Assembly: GCF_009914755.1 (NCBI RefSeq)
Contig: NC_060926.1
Source of the DNA: the human T2T-CHM13v2.0 reference genome, Homo sapiens
Reading direction: 5' to 3' (one strand)
DNA: 64,000 bases
In this document: positions 28,300 through 42,125 of the stretch, piece after piece
Layout of the letters: each line of letters opens with the position of its first letter
How positions within the stretch are numbered: position 1 is the stretch's first letter
Translations under genes and position numbers: made by a program
Notes under the pieces: model-generated
What the model was told of the DNA's origin: nothing
The model's input: only the letters and a program-made list of their open reading frames with translations
Database searches by the model: none

Positions 28300-28800
28300 C
28301 CTGGCTGTAAGAATGCTGTCAATGACAGGTGACATCAAACCTAAATGAAAGTGGCTCAAATAATGTAGAAATTGATTGATTTCCTTAAAAACAGTTAAAA
28401 GTAAGTTGACTCCAGTAAGGGATTTTTTAAAATCAGGAAGTCAATGATATCACCAAGGACTAAGGTTTCCTTTGTCTTTCTACATGAACAACTTTAGTAT
28501 TAGGTTTAGCTTTCTGCTTGAAGCAAGATGGCTGTATTCACTGTAAGTATCAGATGTAGATACACCACCCAGAAGCATGACACCCTTCCTATGAAGAGGA
28601 AACCTTCTGCCAACACCCCCCTTCATTCTGCCATTTATGCAATTCTCATTGGCCAGAATCATATCACATGTCCAAGCCTAAACTCACTGATTAGTGAACT
28701 GGAGAACAATAACTGGTTAATATCAATTAGGAGTCATCCATCCTGAGCCTGGGGCTGATGTTGGTGTCCCCTGAATCACTTGGCCTTAAAAAAGGGAGTA
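28300..28800 (-). mobile_element. Old MaLR (MLT1-type) LTR remnant
   Basis: GTGGCTCAAATAAT..., CAAGATGGCTG and TCTCATTGGCCAGAATCATATCACATG are MLT1-type motifs. Confidence 0.55.
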
Positions 28801-29899
28801 AATAATTAGGGAAAAAATGGGCTCTGTTGGCTAGGAAAAAAGAGAAAAATAGATGTTTGATATATTCCATTTAAGTTTGAACTTGTCTCTGATGCTTAAT
28901 AATTATATAATCCTAAGCAAGTCAATTACTTTCTTTATGCCTTAAATTTTTTAACTTTATAGTAGAAAGAATATAAGTATCTAATTTATAGGCATTTTTG
29001 AGAATTATATGAAATCATATATGCAAATTGAATAATATGTTGCCTTGGATGTAACTGTCAAATGATTTTCATTATTATTATTATTGGAAAAGAATAATAT
29101 TTAAAACATCTTTTTAAAATGCAGCAAATATTCATTTATATTACACTGAATCAAAACATCACTAATAGTCAGATCTTATTCAACACATAGAGCTTTTTTG
29201 TTAGTCATTTCTCAAAAGATCTGGTCAGGTTTTTTTCCCCCTTTTCAGGAGTGAGGCTGTTTTTGAAAGTTTGTAGAAAGTAACACACCACAGATGGACA
29301 GAAAATAGGAAAACCAACCAAAAAGTATTGCAACTTTTTCTAAGTGATTTTCACACTCCACCTACAGGGTGAGAACAGCCTACAAACACAACACTCCAAA
29401 CAGCCACCCCTCCCCACAACTCACACCACAAAAATGGAATTCAGAAAAATCATTACTTGATTTTTAATGATTCACTGAGTTCCAGCAACGTCTTAGCACA
29501 TTTTCCTCAAACTGATTTCCTCAGGGACTTTTCCAAATGGAAATAATTTGAAGAATACAAGAGCCCATACTTATAAATGCTAAGCAAATGATAAGCAGTT
29601 TCCTCCTGTCACCCTCCTGGTAGTCAGAGTAATTGAGTCATGAGCAAGTCTTTACAGGGGGACTTTGGAACCATGGATAAAATCACACAATTCCAGAACA
29701 AAAAGGGACTGGAGACTTTATCTTCCACGTGAAAAAAACAATGATTAGAGACTAATCATTAGTAGGAGCAAAGCCAAGAAAGGAGTTGCTGAACTGCCAA
29801 TCAAGGGCTTTCCACCACATCCCACACAAACCCCGATCCAGGTCCCCTGCTTGTGACACTAACAGAAACATTTTAGTTTTCACTGCAGAGACAACACAG

Positions 29900-30385
29900 T
29901 TGTGGTTTGAGAAAGCACTTTCCTCCATTCTCAGTTCTTAAGCGTATGACTTAAATAGAGTTGACCACCTATCTTTCTCATGGGATGCTTGACGACTGAC
30001 CTTGTATATTCAACTCCCCTGGACACAATGACTGGTTGAGGGATAAATATGTTACCTAACTAGAGCCAATGAAACATAAGGATATGCTTATCGGATCCTA
30101 TGGGAAAGAAAACTTTTCTCATTCCTGTTGGATTTGATGGTGTGAGGATGTGAAGCTTGGAAATACTGTCACCATCTTGCTACCAGATAAAACATCAAAA
30201 GAGCCATTCCAGAGCAAGCAAAACAGAGGTGGACCTGCTGACAGACATCATTTGTGCCCTAGATCAACCTGTGTTTATAGTCACCACTAGCCATCAATAT
30301 TTTGGCCATGAAAGCCAATAAGTTAATCATTTGTTTGTTTAAACTGGCTTGGTTGGGTTTCCTATCACTTACAATTGAAATATTA
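29900..30385 (+). mobile_element. Old MaLR (MLT1-type) LTR remnant
   Basis: GAGCCAATGA..., CACCATCTTGCTACCA and the terminal GCCAATAA...TTGTTTAAACTGGCTTGGTTGGGTTTCCTATCACTTACAA. Confidence 0.6.
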
Positions 30386-30629
30386 ATAAAAGCCGTTCAT
30401 TAGCCCAATCTATTTCTCTTTTTCCTCTCTCTTATTCTGACTCTAAATGCCAAAGGAGCACACATGAGTGAGTGCCATCATGATGTACAGGTTGTAGTGA
30501 TTAAACATAAAGAGTTTGCCCTCCACATCATTCCCCAAGTTTAGCAGCTCATTATTCATACGTTAGCCATAACTCTTGCAGCGCATTTACCCATGCTAAG
30601 CAGCTGAGTTTAAAATGAAATACCAGTGA

Positions 30630-31051
<422 letters not shown>

Positions 31052-31120
31052 ACATCAACATTTTCAACCAATGTTTGGCTATTTCTCTCTTCCTAGATAA
31101 CTTCCCAAGGATGACTTCTT

Positions 31121-31764
31121 TTTTTTTTTTTTTTTTTCTTGTTTATTTTTCTTTTATTTTTCTTTCTTTTTTTTTTATTATACTTTAAGTTTTAGGGTAC
31201 ATGTGCACATTGTGCAGGTTAGTTACATATGTATACATGTGCCATGCTGGTGCGCTGCACCCACTAACTCGTCATCTAGCATTAGGTATATCTCCCAATG
31301 CTATCCCTCCCCCCTCCCCCAACCCCACCACAGTCCCCAGAGTGTGATATTCCCCTTCCTGTGTCCATGTGATCTCATTGTTCAATTCCCACCTATGAGT
31401 GAGAATATGCGGTGTTTGGTTTTTTGTTCTTGCGATAGTTTACTGAGAATGATGGTTTCCAATTTCATCCATGTCCCTACAAAGGACATGAACTCATCAT
31501 TTTTTATGGCTGCATAGTATAAGTCAGTGTGGCGATTCCTCAGGGATCTAGAACTAGAAATACCATTTGACCCAGCCATCCCATTACTGGGTATATATCC
31601 AAAGGACTATAAATCTTGCTGCTATAAAGACACATGCACACGTATGTTTATTGTGGCATTATTCACAATAGCAAAGACTTGGAACCAACCCAAATGTCCA
31701 ACAATGATAGACTGGATTAAGAAAATGTGGCACATATACACCATGGAATACTATGCAGCCATAA
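31121..31764 (-). mobile_element. Young primate L1 (L1PA2/PA3-like) 3' fragment with 5' inversion
   Basis: 31121-31520 is the L1 3' UTR plus tail on minus, with the GAG rather than ACA/ACG diagnostic. 31521-31764 is the ORF2 C-terminal piece on plus. 14-bp TSD AAGGATGACTTCTT at 31107-31120 and 31765-31778. Confidence 0.95.
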
Positions 31765-32965
31765 AAGGATGACTTCTTGACCTAATCTTTCTAGGAAGCA
31801 TTTTTTTTTCTTGTCATGCTAAATACGTTTTTTAAACTTTTCGTTTCTGGGCTACAGATACCAACCTTTCATCCTAAAAACAATGTGAACAAAAACATAC
31901 AAAAAGGATTCCTCAAGTATATGTCCAAATCAGTAGATTGGTCTATCTCTGTTTTTTGTACTCGAGCAAATTCTGGAAAAATAGTCTATACTAATTTCTT
32001 CACGAAGCCATTCCACATTAATTCCTCATAGTATCATCTTCTGGCTGGTAGCTTTTTCTCTTTGCTGAAACTCTACTTCAGGGCATTAGGAATCTCCCAA
32101 CTCATCCAGTGGTTCACCCTGTGGCATTTGATTTACCCTTTTCAGTAACCCTGCTTTCTGTTAATTGGGCAATTCATATTTGTCATATATGCCTGTTGCT
32201 TTGGTGTCTATTCTTTCTAGTCTCCTCTTTGGTAGCTCCATGCCTTGCCTTAAATACTCAAGTTTTCCTTAACTACCTGCCTGTCTTTAACTACCCTCCT
32301 GTTCCACACCTCCAATTTTATCCCCTCCCTTGATTTAAATTAGTGGGATAACATGGTAGCCCATTTTGATATGGAATTCCAAGCGTTTTTTAAACCTTAA
32401 TAGTTGAAAGTGAAAAAACTTTGACATTTGAAAAGTCAAAAAATTGGTTTAGTCTACATAGATAGGCTTTATTTTACCTTCAGTGCAGACTAATTCTTTT
32501 GTTTTATAAAAAATACTTTGAATAGGTCTTTTAGTTACACTAAAAAAAGTAAGGGCTCTCCTTTGGCATTTAGAAGACTGAGACAATGGGATTCCAAGAG
32601 GCTAAACATCTCCAGAAAGTAATGCTCAAGCTTGTCTTCACCATGAGCACAGCTGCATCACTCTCAGGTTCTGTGTCCTTTAGAAAACTGTCATGTTTTT
32701 TCTAAATGTGAATTTAGACTGCACAGTCTTTTAACATAGGGGTTGATCCTTAGAGATGAATGACATTAATTTTGATTGGCCCCTATCTTTATTTTAGTCA
32801 CAGAACTTGAGGTCCTGAACTCAGGACAGCAAGACATGTCAAAAGGACTTCTGTAGTGGAAGGTCTCTGTGACATGGGCATCAGGCATTAGAGGATGCAC
32901 CAAGATGCTTGATAAGGGACCTCTATGAAAGGGCTTAAGTTGTAGATTTTTGAAAGCATCTATCA

Positions 32966-33365
<400 letters not shown>

Positions 33366-35665
33366 TCATGCTTGGGATCCTGGCTATACACAGCTGGACT
33401 TGAGGAAAAAAATAGGTAAGAAGAAAAAAATGCAAAGGAACAATTCATCAGTCTGAAGCCAGAGAGCTGGCTGCAAAGGAAAGTGACAGCCAGGACAGAC
33501 TGGTGAAATAAGTAAACATTCACTGACCATTCTCAAGAACTTTAGGATGGAGAACATATTCAAACAGTAAAGGAGCTCCAACTATTGAACGTTAGCATCA
33601 AAGTAAAGGTATTTAAAAATTCTGAGACCCTTGAGTTATAATTCATATCTCTAAATGGCACTATATTTCTGAGCTTCCATGCACATATATCTAGCATATT
33701 CCAGACATATTTTACCTTTAGTCCTCTTGTTAGAAGCCATGTCTTTAAGAATAGGCAGGGAGAGCTTTGCCAGAGAACAAACTCATTAATACTCAAAAAT
33801 GCCTGCAAGTCTAGAAGTCTAGACATATCTGGTTTGGAAGTCTGACTCTGTATAAATTCTTACCCCATTCTTACCCCATGTTACTCCCTCTGGTTATCAG
33901 TTACTGTTGATACTTGGTGTTTCCTCCTTGTAATCTGTCACTGTTGCTTGGGTCTCTCTCTAAATCTCTCTGTTTCTTGTTTGAGCATTTGTTCTTGTGC
34001 CTAGGTTTGTCTTCACAATTCTAGACCCAGTTCTAGCCACCAGCTGCCTGCACAATTTTGCTCCTGATTCTGATTACCAGTGTGTCTGGTATTCATTTCA
34101 GGTACTCAACAGGTATTTGTTAAATGAGTGAAGATTCCTTGGAAAGTCCCTCTACTCAGTAATTTCAAGGATCTTAGCCTCTAATGTACCCTAAATGACG
34201 CTCAATTTCTTTCTACCAGACTAACTTCTCAAAGTACTGATTGACATCAATGCAGTATCTAACCCCAAATTAAGGATCCCTAGATTTAGCAAGACGCAAA
34301 AGTCAACTGATGTTTTTACAGAGATAATGTGACTCTGTATTAAGGGAAAGGCACTCTTTTCCATAATTTTATGCTTTCATTCCTTGGTGACCAGTACCCG
34401 TTTTCATTTTCTCAGGATTAAAAACTGCTCTCAGGGAAGCATTTGTTACCTTTATTAGAATATGTAAATCATATAGCTTCATGTGTTATGTATCCCAGAG
34501 TTATTTGCATTTTACTCATACGTAATAAATAAGAATTTTATTTAAAATAGAAATATCTTGTTATTATTTAAATTTTACTCTTAGGCATTGTTACACATTT
34601 AATTCTCATATCAACTTTACGAAGTGAACATTGTCCTTACTCTTATTTTGTAGATGATAAAGCCAGGGATGTAAAGTAACTTCCTTAAAGAAAGAGTATT
34701 AAGTAGAGAATCCAGACTTTGAACAACCTACTCTTTCTGAATCCAGAGTCTAAGCGCTAATCATCGAAATTATGAGACAGATTGGTTCATGTTAAACAAA
34801 GAAAGTTATAAATTGTGTTTTTAGGAGGTATTAGTAAGCACAATACCGATCTTGAAAGTATATCTCTCAGGCAGCTGCCTGCCCTGCTATGCATGAGGCC
34901 AAAAATGCTACTTTGCTTGGCAATATCCCAATCCAAATAAGGACAATCGAACATATTTTTTTAGGCTACATGTTTCTGGATTAAAACTTTGTAAGTTTGA
35001 AAAACAATAGCCTCTAGAGACAGTTCTGAACACAAGACTCATAAAGGATTGGCATTTGCATTTGAAAATGTCTTTTAAAAAATCCAGCAGTCATATTCAT
35101 TAGGGTATTGTGCTATTATCTCCACTAAGAGTCAGAATTCAGAAACTTTTTATTTTTCTCACCAAAATCATCTTTAAAGGGAGATTTTTGTTTTGATTGC
35201 TTTCTTAACTGAAATTCTGCAATCATTAAGGCTCTGTATGTGTGTGTGTTTTAAACCAATTAATAATTTGTGTTTTACATTGCTTTATTTTGTGCTGACT
35301 TTTTTCTTTCAGTCCAGCTCAACATTCAAACAATACCTCTCTGGAATACTCACGGCATCGAATTTTCTATCAAAAAACATTTCAGAAGTCAAAAGGTTTT
35401 TAAAGTTTAAAAGCAACTAAATGCTTCTTGGACCTGACTCCTTTTACATAATCTCTGTTTTACTGATAGTTTTAAGGGAAATGGTACTTTAATAATTGTA
35501 TGGACATCTCAACAGAAACATCCTCAGTTTACTGCTGTGTATCTTACTAAGTATATAGAAAATCAACCACATAAATTATTATTGTTCTAAAAAATCTTAA
35601 GCTGATATTTTGATCATGAAATCGCAGCTCTTAGGAGATTTGTAAGAGGTAATCTTAGGTCTGAC

Positions 35666-35842
35666 CTGTGGTATGATGGTAAATGTTTAACAACAGACTC
35701 TCCAGAAAAAAATAAATTCTGATTTGTAGCATGTTATTTTTCATGGGTGTGGATACTCCCACGGTAGCCATTTTCAAGCTAGCCACATGAAACTACTGAA
35801 GGCAGAATTGGAAAGAGATGCCACACAATCAGTACACCACTG
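35666..35842 (-). mobile_element. MER63A-like hAT MITE
   Basis: GGTAAATGTTTAACAAC, CTGATTTGTAGC, ATACTCCCAC, TTTCAAGCTA and the terminal ACACCACTG match the reverse complement of MER63A as I recall it. Confidence 0.7.
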
Positions 35843-35944
35843 GGGCTGATGATCCTGACAACCTGTGCACTTTCATCAAACTTCAGTGTCTCTGAAGTCA
35901 CCTTTTCATCAAATGTTAGAAAAGGGATGAGGATGAGAATTGCA

Positions 35945-36530
35945 CTTCATAGCCCAAGCCCTAGGGTCAGACTGCCAAGGCCCTAATCCAACTCTTCAAC
36001 TCCCTGTCTTCCCTTTGGTAAGCTATGTAACTTTTCTGTGATTTAAGTTTTCTCATATACAATCTGGTAATAATAGAGTTTCTATTTCATAGGACTTTTA
36101 TGATGTTTAAATAAAATGGTATATATAAAATGCTTAGAAGATTTTTTAGCATATAGTGGGCCCTTAATACGTGTTAGCTACAGGATTTACAATTCCAGCT
36201 ATCAAAATGTTTTATATGTTGTCATCTAAATCTTTCAGAGGTCACTAAAAACCATTCTGTTTTATAGGAATACTCTGAGAAGAGTCAGGTATAGAGGAAG
36301 GAGTACTAAATAAGAAGTCATGGGTTAGGTTTTAGTCCCAGTTTTGCCAACACTTCCATCCATGACCTGTGTCAAACCGTTTCCCTTCTAAGAGCTTTAA
36401 TTATCTCATTAGTAAAATGCAGAAAGTAATAATCATCCTGCCAATCACATAGGATTGTGGTGACACTAATGTGAGATAATGAAACTAAGAGCCCTTTGAA
36501 GATGATACAAATGTGGGGTATTATTATTAA
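35945..36530 (+). mobile_element. Two adjacent MIR SINEs
   Basis: GGTCAGACTGCC..., TTAAGTTTTCTCATATACAA...TAATAATAG..TCTATTTCATAGGA, and a second copy with TCTCATTAGTAAAATG...CATAGGATTGTGGTGA. Confidence 0.65.
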
Positions 36531-37195
36531 TCCAATTTAAAACTCATGATGCCATGGAAGCATTATAATAAAATAATAAAAATTTGGAGTAAATATTAGG
36601 AATAATGTGGTGTTAAAAGATGGAATGTTTTGTTATGTGAAGGAAAAAAATAAATGAATTTCTACCACGAAGCAGGGCAGCGTTGTGCTCAACCTCTTTT
36701 CCCCGCAAAAGAGCAATTTTCAAATGAAAAAGGGCTATACTTTAGGTATAATATACATTTAAATGAGTTAGGGATCATAGGGAACTAAGTTAGCAAATAT
36801 CCATGGAGTCATACTTCTCAGGGAAAGGAAATGCACCAGAAAAATGAATAAATAAATAAAGCATATAATAATCTATTAAATGACAGACAGGACACTTAGG
36901 CAAACCAGGTAGTTAGCATTATGCCATTAGAAGATGAATAACGAAATCTTCAAATCGTTCTTTGGTTCTAAAGTTTTATAGATAAATAGAAAAGAAAATA
37001 TCTGTTCAAGGACAGATTGAATAAATCTTAAACCTGTTAAGTTGAATCATCTTGTGAACAATAAGAGCACACATAAAAATGAGGGAGCAAGGGAAAAACA
37101 TCAGATATTTTTAAAATTTGCACTTTGGATTCTGTTTACTTAGAAGAATCATGTACATTCATACACATTCAGTGAACATTCACCAAGAAAATAAT

Positions 37196-37651
<456 letters not shown>

Positions 37652-38037
37652 TGTTTTCTTTTTCTCAAATAATTTCTCCAAGCTATGCTTTAGTAGAGGA
37701 GTTTCACTCTGCAGACAAAGAAAGAATCGCTTGTGCAACAAAGCTCTCAATATGGCCTCTTCTGCCAGCTATTAGTAAAAATTCTCATTGTCAAATATTT
37801 AAAAAATCAGAATAAAATAAAAGGAAACTTTTAAGTTTCCTTTTTCAGTGAAAAAAGAAGAATGAGAGACTGTTTACGTAGTATACTACCTTCCATGAAA
37901 GGATGAGGCAAAAATACAAAATAAAAATATGTAATAAATCACTGGAAAGATGTATAAGAAATTTATGAGAAACAGAGTAGACTGTGACCAGGGTAGAGGC
38001 AAGAATTTCATCATGTGAATTTTTTACTTATTAAACA

Positions 38038-38038
<1 letters not shown>

Positions 38039-38070
<32 letters not shown>
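38039..38070. repeat. (TG)16 microsatellite
   Basis: Perfect TG run seen directly. Confidence 0.95.
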
Positions 38071-38073
<3 letters not shown>

Positions 38074-39379
38074 CTGCGTGCCTGTGAAGTCCAGTACACA
38101 TAGGTAAATAAAAACCAATGTTATTTAGTTGCCCATCCAGTTTAACATTGCTCATCTTCCCCAAGCTTAGGCCTGGGACAGGCATGGACTCCTGCTGAGT
38201 GGAAGGGGCCTAGTGGGTGTCCTCACCTCCATATTCCCACTCACTGCTGCTTCTGGTTGTTTAGCAATGCGGTGCGAGAGGCAGGAAATTATAGGACCAA
38301 AGGGTCTGGCTAGACTGGTGGTTTTTCTGTCATCTATGTGACAAATGCCCAAATGCTGCCTATTTTTTTTCTCCTGGGGACCATTTGTGGGTCCTTCAGA
38401 GACAACTTGCTAACACCAAGAGAGTACTTTGAATATATATATTTTCTACTATTTTAGCTGAATTTTTATAATTCCTACCCTGGCTCTTATACCATCACTT
38501 ACTCTATGCAGCCTCTTTTTCACTATTTGACTTAAGTAGTCTTTGGTGCTTTAAGAGACCTCTATTCTACCTGCTTTATGGCTGTGAAAAAAATTAGCAC
38601 CTTTTCCATGTCAAATGCTGGAAATGCATGCCTCTCTCCCCACAGGTTCCCTCTTAGCTCTGAATTCACAGGTAGCCCTGATTAGCCTGTCACTTTTATC
38701 CTTTTTGAGAAGAGAATTAGGAACCAGATATCTTTGAACACCAAGAGACACTGGTCACATCTCCTGGATTTGCCAAATATCCTCCAGGGGGTGAACAGCC
38801 TCTTTGAGGGTCACAGCACTAAGCTGGTAACCCTCTTCAAATAAGTCCCCCTTTCCTAATCTCCTTACAACTGCTAATTATGAGGCTAGGTTTGGATGAT
38901 CAAAAACACACATTTGGGATGCCCCTTAGCAATCCCTGCATAGAGGGCCTGTTAGACACATCTCATGAGAATGTGTGGGCATATAACACCCATTTTCCTA
39001 AAGGGACTCTGACATTTGAGATAATAGGGAAAATCCTTACATCAGTGAAAACCAGTATAAGCCTACACGTAACTCTGACATTTAAAAGTCTGAGCCCAAG
39101 GAGACTGAGGATGGGGGAAGAGGAGATTTTTTTTTCACTTTAGTGTTTGACTATCTTATGACATTCAAACATTTGGATTAAAATGTGTATTAATTTTAGA
39201 GAATCATAGTCCAGTTAATTAGCTACATGAAGAAGAACATTTCAAATTTTAATAAGATTTGATTTTGGTTTCACAGGAAGATATGCTAAATTCCTGTTTG
39301 AGATAAAGGAGGGTCAAGAAAGAGGAAGAAAAACGGGAGAGAATCAAAGAAGATAAAAGAGAAGAAGGTTAAAACTTAC

Positions 39380-39493
39380 CTTGTTTCATCGATATAAACT
39401 GCTTCCAGCACAGATGCCGCATATTCAATATTCTTCTTTAAGTCGACGACGTTAACATCACCTCTTTCCAGCTGCTTCACCAAGCATCTTAGT
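39380..39493 (-). CDS. PDE1A: PDE1A internal coding exon (114 nt; phase 2 in, phase 2 out), C-terminal part of the first calmodulin-binding region
   Basis: Minus strand reads ...AAATAG|A CTA AGA TGC ... GAA ACA AG|GTAAGT. It translates to LRCLVKQLERGDVNVVDLKKNIEYAASVLEAVYIDET(R), which I recognise as PDE1A. Canonical AG/GT, and the phase fits the next exon. Confidence 0.97.
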
Positions 39494-39876
39494 CTATTTC
39501 AAAAAAGTAGCCAAAGAGAGAAAGAGCAAGGAATTTATTGTAACTATATGGAAAATAGTACAGTATTAAATACACTCAGTTAAGATTTTTAACGTAGCTA
39601 TTTCTAGGTCAACAAATAGCATTATTTTCAGATTTTTTTTTGATATAATTAAGACCAGTCTTTATTATGTAAGGAATTATTAGGTATTATATTCAGCTCG
39701 CAATAATATTAGGAGTATGGGTAGCTAGTTTAAGTATAATATTTCAGAGATAGTCTTCCTGAAAATTCAAGACAATATAGACATTTTCAGAAAAGTATAT
39801 TCCTATAATTTATTCTATGGTTTTTCTGTTTTTTTAATGTTGGCACTAGGAGAATATTCAAAGGACACTCTTCTTA

Positions 39877-39946
39877 ATTCACAGTTGCAAAAATATGGAA
39901 CCAACCTAAGTGCCCATTGACCAATGAGTGGATAAAGAAAATGTGG

Positions 39947-40018
<72 letters not shown>

Positions 40019-40390
40019 CACCATGGAATACTACTCAGCCATAAAAAGGAATAAAATAGTGTCTTTTGCAGCAACTTGGATGGGGCTGGAGGCCATTATT
40101 CTAAGTTAGGTGACTCAGGAATGGAAAGCCAAATATAGTATGTTCTCACTTATAAGTGGGAGCTAAACTGTGAGAATGCAAAGGCATCTGAATAATATAA
40201 TGGACTTTGGGGACTCACAGAGGAAGAGTGGGAGGGGGTGTGGGATAAAACACTATATATTGGGTACAGTGTACACTGCTCGGGTGATGGGTGCACAAAA
40301 ATCCCAGAAATCACCACTAAAGAACTTATCCACGTAACCAGAAACCACCTGTACCCCCCAAAAAAACTACTAAATAAATAAAAAATTAAG
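39877..40390 (+). mobile_element. L1PB-type 3' end containing a (TA)n expansion (39947-40018)
   Basis: ATGGAACCAACCTAAGTGCCCA..., CATGGAATACTACTCAGCCATAAAAAGGAA and GGGTACAGTGTACACTGCTCGGGTGATGGGTGCAC...AAATCACCACTAAAGAACTTA, then an A-rich tail. Confidence 0.9.
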
Positions 40391-41659
40391 AAATAAAATT
40401 AAAAGAAGACTTCATAAAATAAACAAAAAAACAAAGAGTGCTTTTCTGACTGCTAGATTCGCTGTTATTCACTGTATAAAGCAATAAAGACAGACGAAAG
40501 GCAAACATTATTTTAAAAGTTAATTGAGACAAGAAAAAATATACGTATGTGTCCTTAGTGTATTTACTGCACTCATTTTTCACCTGAGGCAAATTTGAAA
40601 ATATTTTCTCATGTTTGAGTCCTTAGGATGATGTGTCCCAATGCTCTGAGGAATTTTAAAGTATAGGACTCAGCTAGATGCCTGAGTTACAGAAACCACG
40701 AGATAATTAATCTTAGTGTATTAAGCCCCAAGCCTTGAGATAATTGTTATATAGCAATAGGTAACTAATAAAGTAAGGTGATACAAATTACCTTAACAAG
40801 TTTGTAACAGCTTTGGCAACTTCTATGCATTAAATTGTAAGCTGCGTGTTTCTGAAGATACTGCTCTTTACCAAGTACAAAAGGAACATATTCCTTACTC
40901 TCTCCATACTACAGATAAGCAATATGAAGACTACTTGTCTATTTTCCTAAGTCATCAGACAGAATTTAATTCCATTCTATTCAGAGGTATTGCAAAAGAG
41001 AGTAGATTGCGGCTACTTTTAGGCACTCCCTTAGAGATAATTTAGCAGATTTCCTAGCAATTTATTTTGGATAATTTTCAATGCCAAGGGTGAAGATACA
41101 AAGGCAAGTTAAGAATTTCAGCAAAGGTATTTGACATTTCTCCACCCATAAGCAATAGTTCATTTCTCTATGGGAAAAAAAAGACACACCTAAATGAAAA
41201 CGTCTTACTCAGGAAGCTGTAAACAATTACTTTTTTTATGCCATTTACTTTTGTATGATAAAATATCAGCAGGCAATAACATTGAAAAATAAATTGTATA
41301 TACCAATAAATAAGTCTTATTAATACAGAATAAGCAAAACAAAGCACAACAAAAAGGCAACCAAAACAGGTTACTTAGAAAGGAAAAATTAAGCCTGGCT
41401 TTGAGGCTTGTCTGAAACACCAAATGTGGTTATAATGGATCAAGATACAGAGGGTTTTGAGATTTTTGTAATGGTTATGACCCAAGAACATTATTCTTAG
41501 TCAAACTGTCCTTTATTTATGAAAGTAGAAGATAGAGTTTTTGTTTTTCCATAGTCCTGCAATGGCTTAGAAATATACTATCATATGTCTTTCTTGTGAA
41601 AATTACTTGAGTTCAGCTTGGTAATATAAGGTGGCTTAAAAACAATAGTACTTCAAAGG

Positions 41660-42125
41660 GTTGCCTTCCTTTTCCCTGAAAAACTGCATTCTACTTTTAT
41701 TTATTAGCGATTTTCCCACTAAAAACACTACATTTTCTAAGCTCTCTTGAAGCTAGGTATGGTCACATGAGTAAATTCTTGCCACAGATGATGTGCATGG
41801 AGGTTGTTGGTGAAACTTTCAGAACAGTTCTTTGGAGAGAGCTAACTGTACCGGAAGGAGTTCTCTTGCTGTCTGGAATGCAGCGGAACTCTCTAAAGGC
41901 CAGCAGCCATCTGGGATCATAAATGACCTGGCAAAAGAAAGCCACACACTAAGCATGGTAGAAAAGAAAAAATGGAAGTGGCCTGGATATCATGCTATGG
42001 GTCCACCTGAATGAAATCGCCCATCTCTGGACTTGTTTCTGATGCAAGAACAACAAAAATTGCATTTAAGCCACAATTATTTTGTGGTTTCTTTTATAGG
42101 CAAATGAACCCAAAACACACTGATA
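41660..42125 (+). mobile_element. Old MaLR (MLT1J-like) LTR remnant
   Basis: ACTACATTTTCTAAGCTCTCTTGAAGCTAGGTATGGTCACATGAGTAAATTCTTGCCA and the terminal TTTAAGCCAC..TTATTTTGTGGTTTC. Confidence 0.6.

Noticed and set aside
31527-31772. 81-aa ORF with clear protein similarity
   Set aside because: It is the C-terminal fragment of L1 ORF2p inside the inverted L1 piece, with no promoter or upstream ORF.
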